A model generated the notes under the pieces. The model ran no database searches and was not told the DNA's origin. It saw only the letters and a list, made by a program, of their open reading frames with translations. Source: Massalongia carnosa (lineage: Eukaryota). From it: a stretch of 64,000 bases of DNA. The stretch covers positions 930,001 through 994,000 of the forward strand of contig OZ287077.1 in NCBI GenBank assembly GCA_965645245.1, given 5' to 3'. Positions 15,670 through 27,564 of the stretch are shown here, piece by piece. Both the position numbers and the translations under genes were made by a program. Every line of letters starts with the position of its first letter. The stretch's first letter is position 1.

Positions 15670-18600
15670 ATGGACCCTCCGGTACAAACTCCTGAAAAAT
15701 TCGAGGAGTTCGAGAGTACCAAGGAAGGTGTACAGCAGACTACAAGCCAAGCATTTGATGTTGAATCGGACGCCAGTGCCAGCTATATGAGTATACATGG
15801 AAAAGATGAAGCTAGTCGGCTTAAGGCGCTTGCTACGGAGGTGCGAGATCAAAATGACCTCGAACGTGATATTGGTCGACAAGTCAGTGGATCCGGTGGT
15901 ATCTTACAAGTTATACGCTCACTGCGCTATCCTAGGCAGGTCAACTACTTACAGAGCAAGCTAATGAAAGAGATCAAAAACGCATAGAAAAAACCTTAGG
16001 GGACAAGGAGTGAGCCTGTTATCCATGAAACTTGCACATGAGAGCTGTCCTGCTATGCTGGCTGACGTCTTACTCGATAGAAAACTCCAATCCTTGGTTC
16101 GCAAGTTACACGAGCGGCTGAGACACCTTACTAGTCCTGCGGCTGCAGCTCGTATGAAGGACGAGATTCAACATATGGAAGCAAGCATCAAGACATTAGA
16201 TAGAGATTTGGAGCAAATAGAGGAGCGGATTCGGCATAGAAAGGCTGATGAAACCAGTCCAATTGTTGTCACAACGGAGGATGTGGGGAACAGAAAGATG
16301 CCCGATGAGACTCAGCGAGAGTTCCTTATCCGAACCGGAAAGATCACCCCATTTTCCAAAATGCCTAAGCGCTCTATTACTCGATCAGACTCTACCCTCC
16401 AGGGAGTACTCTTGGATGCAGAAGATGACGTGTCTGATGAAGAGCTTGTAGTGAATGAGACCGGTGTCCAAGAGACTTTATCGCATCGAAATTTAATACA
16501 ACCTGGATTCATTGATGCTCTAGATAACGATAAAAATACAAAGTCTCCGAATAACTACAAAATATCCAGGAAGCGACGCCGTCTTCATGTTAATGGCCGA
16601 CGGGAGAGTCTTGTACACCAAGAAATCAAAAACACTTCTGATGACGAGTATGTTACTTCGCCCGATGATACAATGGATGGGGCTTATGATCCTGAAATGA
16701 CTGATCAGACACTTGGGGGTGAAGGTGAAACAGATGAGGAAATAGAGACAGATATTGATTTAAAAGTTAACACAGTTCCGATTAGACAAAAGCCTATCAG
16801 CAAACGAAAATCAAAATCTCAAAACGAATCTTCCCTTGGAGAGACTCTAACGGATCTGGATGATGGAAATGAGAGGCTGTATCAGGATCGGCTACATAGT
16901 TGGATTGCCAGAAGAAGCGCAGCAAGAGCAAAAGCCAAAATAAGAAGCGCGTCAAATAAAACTGAAGGCAAACTCGATGCAGAGGCAACAGAAGGACGTG
17001 AAGTTGGTGCGGAAGCTGATACAGCCGATATTCTTGACGAAGTCGGCGATGAATGGTATCTCCCTCATCCAGTCACACCTGATTCAGCCTTCGAAGGCAG
17101 CTATCGCATTCCTGGGGATATTTATCCTTCTCTTTTCGATTATCAAAAAACTGGCGTGCAATGGCTTTGGGAATTATATTCTCAGAAAGTTGGTGGTATC
17201 GTTGGAGATGAAATGGGTTTAGGCAAAACGATCCAAGTCATTTCCTTTTTAGCCGGCCTGCATTACAGCAAGAAGATCACACGCCCAATCATTATTGTTG
17301 CTCCGGCTACAGTCATGAAGCAATGGGTCAATGAATTTCATACTTGGTGGCCACCTTTCCGTGTTTCAATTCTCCACACTTCTGGTAGCGGTATGCTTGA
17401 TATAGGTCGTGAGGCAAAGAGGGAAGACGAGCTCTTGTCGGAGGTGCCAGGATCTCTCCGAAGTAAACCTTTAACAAAAGGACAGAAGGCGGCAAAGAAG
17501 ATTGTGCAGCGCGTTATCCAACAAGGCCATGTTCTGATCACTACTTATTCAGGTTTACAGACTTACGCGGACCTCTTGATACCAGTCGAATGGGAATATG
17601 CTGTTCTTGACGAGGGGCACAAGATCCGGAACCCAAATACAGCTATTACAATATATTGTAAAGAACTCCGGACTGCAAATCGCATAATTTTATCCGGGAC
17701 GCCTATGCAGAACAACCTTATCGAGCTTTGGTCGTTATTTGACTTTATTTTTCCAATGCGATTAGGTACCTTGGTCAACTTTCGACAACAGTTTGAATTT
17801 CCAATCCGCCAAGGCGGTTACGCGAATGCTTCAAATCTTCAAGTGCAAACCGCTATGAAATGTGCCGAGACTCTAAAAGACACAATTTCACCCTATCTAT
17901 TGCAGCGGTTCAAGGCAGATGTTGCGTCTGACCTTCCAAAGAAAAGTGAGCAAGTGCTGTTTTGTAAGCTCACCAAACTTCAGCGCGATACATATGAAGG
18001 TTTCCTCAACTCAGATGATCTTACATCTATTATGGATGGCAAGCGCCATGTGTTGTATGGCGTGGACCTTTTGCGGAAGATTTGCAATCACCCTGACCTT
18101 ATAGACCACAAACACTTGTCTATCAAACCGGAGTATAACTATGGTAGCGGCTCTAAGTCCGGGAAAATGCAAGTTGTAAAGGCATTACTGGAACTCTGGA
18201 AGGATCAAGGTCACAAAACATTACTTTTCGCGCAGCATCGTATTATGCTTGATATCCTCGAAAAATTCATCAAGTCTCTCCAAGGCTTCAGTATACGTCG
18301 TATGGACGGAAACACTCCCATCCAAAATCGGCAAAGTATGGTCGACGAGTTCAATACCTGTTCAGACATTCATGTTTTCCTCTTAACAACCAAAGTTGGA
18401 GGACTCGGCATAAATCTCACCGGGGCCAACCGAGTGATTATCTACGATCCTGACTGGAATCCGTCAACAGATATCCAAGCGCGAGAACGAGCGTGGCGAC
18501 TTGGCCAGAAGCGCGAAGTTATGATTTACCGTTTGATGACGGCTGGGACAATCGAGGAGAAGATATATCATCGCCAGCTTTTCAAACAATTCCTTACAAA

Positions 18601-19528
18601 CAAAATACTAAGAGACCCAAAGCAACGGCAAACCTTCCAGATGAGAGACCTTCATGATCTTTTTACGCTAGGTGGTGCTGACGAGCGAGTGACAGAGACC
18701 AGCGAGTTGTTTAAGGGTACTGAGGTTAAGTTTACCACCGATACTCCATCCTCGCTACCTGCGGCCGGAACAGCTTTTGTGGATAGTGCAGCTGCATCGG
18801 GCCGTAACGGCTTCGATGACAGTTCTTCCGTTCGTAACATAACTGGAGTTGCATCGCTCGAGCCTTTCCACAATGAAGCCGAGAGCAAAGCAGCCGGTAG
18901 AGAAATAGAGAACTCGGAAGATCGGGTCATGCAGGGCATTTTTGCCCGCTCCGGCGTTCATTCCGCTCTCGAACATGATCAGATCGTCAACGGAAAGATC
19001 ATTCTAGCCGCGGATCCAAAAATAATTGAGCGGGAAGCGAAAAAGGTTGCGGCCGAGGCAGCGCAAGAACTGAGAAAGGCAGGAGAGGTGGCCAAAACCG
19101 TACCGGTTGGCACTCCTACATGGACCGGTCTGTTTGGCATAGCAGGGAGGCCCAGCCAGCAGGCAGCATCACGAGGTTTTGGTCCGGGCAGAGGTGGACC
19201 ATCGTCTTCAAGTATCTTGGCAGGATTGCAAAGTCGACAGAACATGAACGGCTTCACAGGTCCACCAGGGATAAATTTACTAACTGAGAGGCAGCCGATA
19301 GGCAGCCATGCAAGATCTAAAGGGGTTGACTTCATGAAAATGATTCGTGACTACCTTATCGCTCATGGAGGGCAAGTATACACTCGAATGTTAATTGATC
19401 ATTTCAACCGACACTGTCCTACCCCAGACAAGACGGCCGAGTTCAAGGAGATGCTGAAGGAGATTGCAAATCTTGAAAAAGGAGGGCGAGGACGAGGGAA
19501 ATGGGTTCTGAAGGAAGAATATAAGTGA
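15670..19528 (+). CDS. RAD26: SNF2-family transcription-coupled repair ATPase Rad26/Rhp26 (CSB/ERCC6); introns ~15883-15934 and 16010-16080
   Basis: GDEMGLGKT, LDEGHKIRNP, SGTPMQN, GGYANASNLQV, LLTTKVGGLGINLTGANRVIIYDPDWNPSTD; C-terminal winged-helix-like region ending WVLKEEY. Confidence 0.95.
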
Positions 19529-20251
19529 GTCTTTTATTGATTGATAGATACCCTGGAGGTTCTGGGAGATGTCATTCGACGAGGCGATGTATCAAAATAC
19601 GGGTTAGGTAACGCTTGTACGCAGACCCTTGATGCCAAGGATATTTCACGTGACGTAAAATTTGGCGAGTTTTATTAAGCTTTCCTTTATGAGTCTTAGC
19701 GCTTTGATTTTACTGCATTAAATGGTACGGTAAGAAAAATGCGCACAGAAGAATACTAGTACTAGTACAATTGTTCGTCTGCATTATTCGGCGTATAGTT
19801 AGTTACTTAAATACAAGAAGGAAATATAGCTAATTACCTAATCATATTGCTCAAAATAGCTAGGTATCCACGGTACCTTCCACTCTAGGTTCCCGAGATA
19901 CTAAGCACATCCTGCACATTGATAAATAAATCGTCCCTAGCCAGCTTCTTATGACCACAACCTTCGCTCACTCCTATTTTCTCATCTTCCTTCGTTGCCC
20001 TTCGTTAGGAGAGACCACTCGCTAAGCTCCTTGTCTTTTCTTTGATTTATCGTTCTGCTCGCTTTTGGACTAGCTTGGAGACAGGGAAGTTTTCGGGACT
20101 GCAGAAGTTGTGTAACCATAACAACGATAACAGCAAGAACTTCCCGCATCTTCGACATATTATCTGTTCGGAAAAACAGCAAAGGCTACCGATTCTCGAT
20201 AGTGTATGTACGGGAGACATAAACTGGGACCCTTTCACTCGTTCAACCATT

Positions 20252-21201
20252 ATGATTCAACGACTTCGACTCCCTCATATTCTCCTAACCTTAATCGTCT
20301 TTTTATCTTTCACATCAGCTTGGCCATGGCCTCCTACAGTAGAGCACATAGAAGGCTTAATTTTCAGACGGCAGGATAAATCGAAGAGCGATAAGGGTAT
20401 GTGCTCACACATGGCTGACGCAAAACTTATGGCTTACGGCTTGTAGAATCATCCGGCTCCACTACTCAGAGCAATAAATCGGTCGTCTCTTCCGGGAAAG
20501 ATTCTCAAACAAAGGATGGGACCATCACGTCGGCTGCTTCTGGCAAAGCCACACAACAAACTGGATCTTCGAAAACCACCTCGAAATCCTCAAAATCCAC
20601 TCCCATTGATAATCGAGCACCGGTGGGCGGGATTGCCATGATCACACCGGCACCAATTGCACCTGCCGAATACTATAAGATAGGAGATAATGTTGAATTT
20701 GTTTGGAACTACACTTCCCTTTTGGCTACGCCCAGGGCTATTGATGTTCTCGTAACTTGCAATGGCAACAAGCAAACGTATACCATTTCGAACAATGCAA
20801 CTTTTGAACCCACTGGAAGAGTGGTTTGGGATACGTCTGCAGATGAGACGGGCCCGGCTCCATTGCTTACAGAATCTTACACACTTGTGATTCAAGATGC
20901 AGATGAGGATCCCACCGCTGTAGCAAAGCCCGGTCATTTAGGGAGTTACAATCAATTTCGTTTTGGCATGTACCTCAAGCAGGCTTATCTGCCAAGGGAT
21001 AGTACGTAACCCGCATTGTTAAGGTAATATCGGATCGAATTAGAATCGCTAACACCCGTCGTGCTAGAATGGACATGTGCAACGTGCAGCGGTGCGTTTT
21101 CAGATATGCAGCAACAAACACTCAAGTTCGTCTTCGGCATGTGCACTATCACTGTCTTTTCCTTCACGTGGTTTGCTGGCGGCTTCGGTGTACTCTTCTA
21201 G
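20252..21201 (+). CDS. Conserved fungal signal-peptide / Ser-Thr-rich / C-terminal transmembrane protein of unknown function (3 exons)
   Basis: Signal peptide followed by WPWPP; S/T/K-rich linker; GGIAMITP...YYKIGDNVEFVWNYTSL domain; last exon WTCATCSGA...FGMCTITVFSFTWF; GT-AG introns ~20397-20446 and ~21003-21068. Confidence 0.8.
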
Positions 21202-22891
21202 AACGTTCCGGAAGAGGTACACGGCCGTCCATTTAGAATCTTCTCTTCATGTAATTTCCAAACTCTATAACGATTTGTGCAATGATTGGATGCCCGGATA
21301 GGCCGGTTGGCAATCGTGTTGGCGTTCATTGTGTTGTCTGGTTGATATGGCTTTTAGCGACGGGGAACGGCAGCGGATAAGTGAAAGCGAACTAATAGTT
21401 GTGGTCCCAATTTACTCCCTACAATCTGTCTTCATCTCGTTTATACTATCTTCAGGAACCCGCATTGCTCTCATCATCGCTCCTGCGCTTTCTGCATTCC
21501 TAGGAGAAAAGGCGATTATCGAGTTTGTCATCATCTCCGTCGTCCCCCCCACCAGGCGGTCTTCCGCGTTTGGGCATCAACACCACTATTTCTTGTTCTT
21601 ACTGATCATGATGCTTTCAAACCAGCGCACCAGCGCACAATCCATTTCCGATAGAAGGGAGACGGGACAAGCAAGAAAGAAGACGGGACGAGCAAACCAT
21701 GGTCGTCACGCATTGATATATTTCCCGCCAGTGCAACCTTTCAGATGCTTCGTTTGGACCATCCACCATGACCATCAACCCAGCCGCCCCCTTCACTTAG
21801 CATATTCTTAGTCCTCTCAACCCACAAAGCCTTCACCTCATCCAGCATTCAAACTCACCCTTAATCGGTAGCATCTTAATCACCATACACTAGCCCTCCT
21901 TCCAAGTAAGAGCTGCACCACGCTTCACCAGCGCTCTCCATCCAGCAACCCACCTTTCACCCCATTCAATCCCGACAGAAGGACACAAATTTTTTTCCAA
22001 GACGGCAAATACCCTCCTTGCTGCATTCCATTGTTGTATTTCCAATTTTGCTGCCCTCCCCGCGCGGCCATCGCTTCACGAAATTGAAACGCGATGCCTT
22101 GTCCCGAAAACCTTAGCAGTGCGAAACCCCCGGGCTGGACTGCAGCCATGGCGACGTTCGCGCAAAAGCTTCTACGCAACGGCGAGGAAGTAAAATCGGT
22201 TGTCATCCTGCTGGAGACGGAATGGCCGGCGATGGAAGGTAAGGTGGGGACTAAATGGATTGATGGGTTGAGGCAGTAGTCGGGGTGGTGGGGGTAATGT
22301 TTGGGGGAAATATAGGGAATCGGAGGGGGGGATATATAAGGCTAGCATGTCGAACGGAAGAGCCGCAATAATGCCAGAGACCGCGGTGAAAGTTCTTCCA
22401 GCGAAGAGACTCACAGGGGTTTCGAAGGGGGCCGCAACTTTCCATCTTCCTCGTGGGAACATATGCATCACGTTGGAACCGCAACTTGGAAGCCCCCTTA
22501 GGTAGACATACAGTTTCTTTAGACATCTCTCTTACTATTGGATCTACGAGATTTTTTGAGAGGGGGGGATTAGATGAGCGTTTGTTGGACTCTTTGGGGG
22601 GGGGGGGGTTCTTCATGATGCAGGATAACTTAGGGGAACGAATTCGGTGTAGGGGTGCGGCCAGATTGATAGGCAGGAACGGGATCGAAGGGACAGATTC
22701 ACTCCCAGCTTAGAAACAGGATTGGGGGCTGCTCGATTGATATACCTGTTGTGTGTATGTGGACGTACTAGGTGGGTAAATACCGTCTCGTGTTCTCTTT
22801 CTCCCCCCTTTTTTTTAAAAAAAAAATAACAAATATTTTTGTGAAATCTAGTTTAATATTTCGTGTTGGATGGATGGGATAAGTTCTTTAT

Positions 22892-23401
22892 GATGATGTG
22901 TTCATACTCCGATATGACACCGGCCGTAGGCCGGCCCATGCGGGCAAAGCTATCTAAGTTATGTTACATGGAAAACCTTTCACAGGTGTAAAAAACCATA
23001 TCCCTTGATACCCGTCCAATGTGACTACGGGTCAACGTCGGGCGGGAGACGCAGTGCAAAAGACGTGTGGGAACTGTAATGCCTTGTGAAAAGAGAAGAA
23101 AGAAAGAAAGGTTCAACTATTGTTGATTGTACAATAATGTTGATGCTAGTGAGAATTGATTCAATAAGCCTGTTTTCATTAGCCAAGCAGTTAGTATCTT
23201 CAGAGTTTTTGATGATTTGGTCAGCTGCTGATAGTCGCTCGTGCCGGCGGCGCGAAACATCTGTTCTCTATTGTCAATAAGTCTGCAGAACATGATTACA
23301 TGTTCTGGAGTTTGTCTGTGCCAGCCACATGAGCAGGCCGGTGAGGTGACGGAGGGCACCCGTCGCTTGTAGAGGAAGTCAGCTAACCCGATCTTGCCAG
23401 T
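22892..23401 (-). mobile_element. 5'-truncated non-LTR retrotransposon (Tad1/I-like LINE), 3' end, copy 1
   Basis: 15-bp TSD GGATAAGTTCTTTAT at 22877-22891 and 23402-23416; ORF2 C-terminal TGKIGLADFL...CSCGWHRQTPEHVIMFC zinc knuckle; short (ATC)n tail. Confidence 0.88.
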
Positions 23402-24046
23402 GGATAAGTTCTTTATATGTATTGTATTGTACGTAATTATGTATGGGTTTTGGGAACCTCCCTCCCTACCTCCGCTACTTTCCTCATCTACCCTACTACC
23501 CCGCCTGTTCTGAGCGGGATGATTGCCCCTGTTTTGCGTGGGGGATGGGTGGATGGGAAACACATGCGGAGCGATTGGCATAACATGTAAATGAATAAAC
23601 GAATGAACGAATGAACGAATGGATGGATGGATGGATGGAGGCGGGTTACATATAATGTACTCCGTACAGGAGGGTAGGTAGGTATCTAAGAAGTTGGGAC
23701 GGGTATGTAGGTGGTAGGTGGTTTAGCGGGGGGAGCGGATTGGTATTATGCATTACAATGACGGGATGGATGGATGAATGAACGGGTTTTTGAGTCTGGA
23801 TCGACCCTACCTAGAGCTGGCTGGATGACGTGTTGGAGCATGGCGTGTGTGTGTGTGGGTGTGTGGTGTCATGAGTGGGAACATTGTTCTCGCTCGCTCG
23901 ACGAACTGATTTTACTTCCTCCCCCCACCTCCTCCTTTCTTGGGATCCCAATCCCGCCTTTTCTACAGCTCCTGGTCCTGGTCGTGGTCCTGGTTCAGCT
24001 CCAGAGCTCCGCAAAACGCAACCAAACCCCACCCTTAATCGATCAA

Positions 24047-25585
24047 TCAATACGTCCTCGCCACATTCCTCAAATACCAATCCACCAGCCTGCGGCCGAC
24101 CTTAGCCTCGCTCACGTGGATCAGATCCCCTTGCATGGCGTAGTCCAAGTCATTCGCGTTGACGACGTCACCATCCAGCAAGCCGCCCTCGCTCCAACGG
24201 ACCTGGCGGCTGCGCTGCTTGTTGACAAGGAGCCAGCCGCGCAGCTTGTCGGGCTCGACCTCGAGGAAGCCCGCAAGCTTTTTCAGGTCCATGGTGGTGT
24301 AGAGCTTGAGGTAGGACTTAACGGTGGGAGACCACATGGTGTTTTTGACCTCGTCGAGGAAAATGGCTAGATGGTGGTCGACGGGGTCGACGTTGAGGCC
24401 GGGGTTGTCGAAGTCCGGGGGGGTCGGCGAGATGAATTTGGGGCAGGCGACGCGGAAGAGTTCCTCGAAGAGGGGGAGGGCGTCGGGCCCGCCGCGCTGC
24501 AGGCGCGTGAGCTGGTCGCCGTACTTGTCGCGCAGAGCCGTGTGGATGGTGTCGTCGAGCTTGGTGGGATGGAAAGCGATGCAGATCGCCACAAGGGCAT
24601 GCATTTGGTCGTTCTTCTTGCTGATGCTGTCGTACTGCGGCGCGTTCTTCTGGAAGTTCTTGGTGCGCGACACGTAGACGAGGATGTGCGAGAACATGCG
24701 GATGGCGTCGGCGTAGCGGCGCAGCATCATGTAGCTGAAGCCGACGTAGTAGTAGGTCGTGAAGTGCGCCGCCATCACCCGCGCGAACATGGCTTTTTTG
24801 TTGAGCTCGATGTCATCGAGTGTCTTGAGCGCAAGGCTAAAGTCACCCAGAAGGCAGTGCACGCGCAGCAAGCCGATGATGCTGAAGTACCCCAGCATGC
24901 GGTAGAGCGGGCGGGTGCCGTAGTCGCCCGCCACCGCCATTGGGTCTTCATTGCGCTTCATAGCTTCCAGCTGCTCGTTGATTTGTGAGCGCTGGATCAG
25001 CGAGTAGAGCACGTTGAGCACCGAGTAGCAGCCCCATGTATTGGGGTTATCCCGTAGGAGTTGCGATTCTTCTTCATTGGCGTTAGTGCGGGCGGCGCGG
25101 TTGCGATAACGGCAGAAGGATTCGAATTGGTAGATGAATTCATCGATAACGTCCCAGGCCCAGTAGTACTGCGACTCTGTTAGACACCTTTCATTCCAAT
25201 CCTGCCAATAGGAATGGAGCTAGGGGCTCACCGAGGGGACCTCCAGATCTACAGGACCGTCGGAATTGAGGATGTAGTGGAATAGATTGCAGTAATTATC
25301 ATAGCTCGTAAACTTCGTCTCTAACGTTGCCTGATACTCCAGTGGTGTTGCAGCTGCAGCGAGCTGAGCTTGCATATCCTGCAATTGCCCTCCTCCTCCT
25401 CCTCCCCCTCCTCCTCCCCCTCCTCCGCCCATTGAAGTGGACCGATCCAGCTCACTTAACCCATCGTCAAAGTGGACTTGCTCTTGGTAGTCGTTAACTA
25501 AAGTATCTTCCTCTTGGTCGGACTCATCCTCGATTACTTTTTGACGGTCGGCCGTCTGGTACGGCGCTCGTTGGTAGAGTGCCAT
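24047..25585 (-). CDS. EIF3L: Translation initiation factor eIF3 subunit L; one intron ~25169-25232
   Basis: SYDNYCNLFHYILNSDGPV, YYWAWDVIDEFIYQF, LGYFSIIGLLRVHCLLGD, ACPKFISP, SYLKLYTTM. Confidence 0.95.
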
Positions 25586-26170
25586 GTCGTGCCGTGTCGT
25601 CTGGAGGAGTTTGTGGATTTGAGAATTTGGACGGGAGATAAATTTTGCGGGCTTCTCGCTTCCGTCAGTCTTACCCGGTTAGTTATCTCGCTAGCTTTTC
25701 ACGGAACAATAGCACGAATAGGTATGTATGGGAACTGGAAACAGAGAAGCTGTAGAGACTCATAGTCTTTTGAATTATGTTTTGCTTTCATACACAAGAG
25801 AAAGAAGCCTTCAAGTTTTCTTTTCTTTCCTATTTTGTAACCGAGCGCTTGAACATTATTCCAAGGAATTTCCGCCCCTCGTCTCCGCTCTCCGCTGTTC
25901 ACCTTTGGCGCCTCTCCGCTGCTTTCCCTATAACGTTAGACGGCACCAGGTCTTTCTCGGCCTGGTAATGCGAGATTCTCCTCGGGGCCTTTTGAGCATA
26001 CTCAGTTCATTGTCTAGAATTTGGTTTGATGAAGCTATGCAACTCATAATTCGTTCAATAATCTAGTTTAGCAGAATCCACCCGAAATACGTAACGCCTC
26101 GCTCATCTAAAACGCCCACGCTATGCTAAGAATTCCTTCTAACGCCTAATAAACAGAACAGCCCTTCCTC

Positions 26171-26955
26171 TCAATTAAAATCACCGGCACCATGGTCTGT
26201 GCGCGCACCATAATCTCTTCGCTTCCCCACGCTCCTCTGAGCAGATGTTGAGCAAATGATTGCGCTGATCGTGACCGGGTGGTTACGGTTCTTAGTGAAA
26301 ACTGCTCCATCATTTGCAGCAGTGGCTGGTCCACCAATAGGTCTTTTGGCTTGAGCGTCGGCAAAAGCTTGGCAAGAGACGCGGCTAACATCTACCCCAG
26401 TGGCTGCCACAAGGACTAGATCCAGACCAGTGGTACCGAAGGTGGACTTGGCGGTCAAGAAGATGGAGCCATCGGCCGGACGTCGTTCTGGAAGGTGTCG
26501 GATTCGATTTCTAGTTGGAGCCGAGCTGTGACTCTAGAGGTGCTGGAGCCCGGTGTGCCTTTCTTGAGGCCGTTGGCGGAGTTGGAGCACAAGAATGCAC
26601 CAATAGGAACTGCGTCTTTGATGTTGGAATCAACGCCACCATCAGAGGTTGGGCTGAAGCTGACAGGCGCTGCTGATGTAAAAGGGGCGCCGAGAGGGAC
26701 GGTTGCGGCGTTGTCGCTGAAGGCTTGACAGATGGCATTTGGGTCGTCAAGGCTAACGGAGACCCCTGCTGAGGCTTGAGTTTGGCCCAAGGTGGAGAAC
26801 ACTTGATCGAGAGTGACGGTCACACCCGCGGCCGAATCACCGTCACCGGTTTTTACGACAAGTTGAACAGTCTTGGCGGAGGTGGAAACTGGCATGGCCA
26901 CCGTTAGAGCGGCAAAGAAGGAAGCCGAACCGATAAGAATATAAGTGGTCTTCAT
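26171..26955 (-). CDS. Small secreted protein with two repeated Cys-containing domains; single-base frameshift near 26478
   Basis: Signal peptide MKTTYILIGSASFFAALTVA. Repeat 1: AICQAFSD...IGAFLCS. Repeat 2, in the next frame: VSCQAFAD...ISAIICS. TATA-like CTATATAG near 27145. Confidence 0.7.
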
Positions 26956-27564
26956 GTTGAAGTAGGAAATGGAACTCCGGGTTTAAGATCGATAATGGTG
27001 GAATATAGGAGAATTGGAAAGGAAAGTAGACAGTGGGCCAAGGAAAATGACAAATGAAATGTAGAGATAGTGTTGAGGAAAGAAAGATGCGATTGTAGAG
27101 ATGAAGAATGGAATGAGATTAACAGAATGGATGCTTTGCAGTCTATATAGTAAACGATGGTAGCCACCACCAAGCTTCAGCGTCTCCACGAGTCCAACTT
27201 TTGCTAACATTCTTTAGGAGTAGCAACTGACACTGTCAGTCTAGCCGCATTCCACAACTCTTCTTGATTTAGCTAGGCCCAACATAGACCTCACTCAAAA
27301 TACACAAACTATTTGAGTCAGCCATACATTTCCCTTCCGGAGTCTTCGCTAGTTTGTTAGTGGCAGATTGTGTAAGCAATAACGAAGCACGGAATTTAGA
27401 TGTGTGAGCGATAACAATATACGGAATAATGACACTAAGGATTTAGCGAAGCGCCACCGCCCCTTTTCTATATTTGATTTATCGTCTCTATTTTCTACAT
27501 CAACCTCATTTTCAAACGATATAATGCTTTAAAAATCAGGCCTACATACAAACTTATGACATCA

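Noticed and set aside
21329..22720. Several overlapping ORFs, including an AT-hook-like PKRGRPP on the minus strand
   Set aside because: Frames are interrupted by stops, with no recognisable domain or consistent splice model; at most a decayed gene.
23227..23260. Hammerhead-like CTGATAG...GAAAC in the LINE fragment
   Set aside because: The core deviates from CUGANGA, the segment is antisense to coding sequence and no convincing flanking stems are present.
23117..23581. 154-aa ORF as a real gene
   Set aside because: It is a chance fusion of flanking low-complexity DNA with the LINE ORF2 tail across the TSD.
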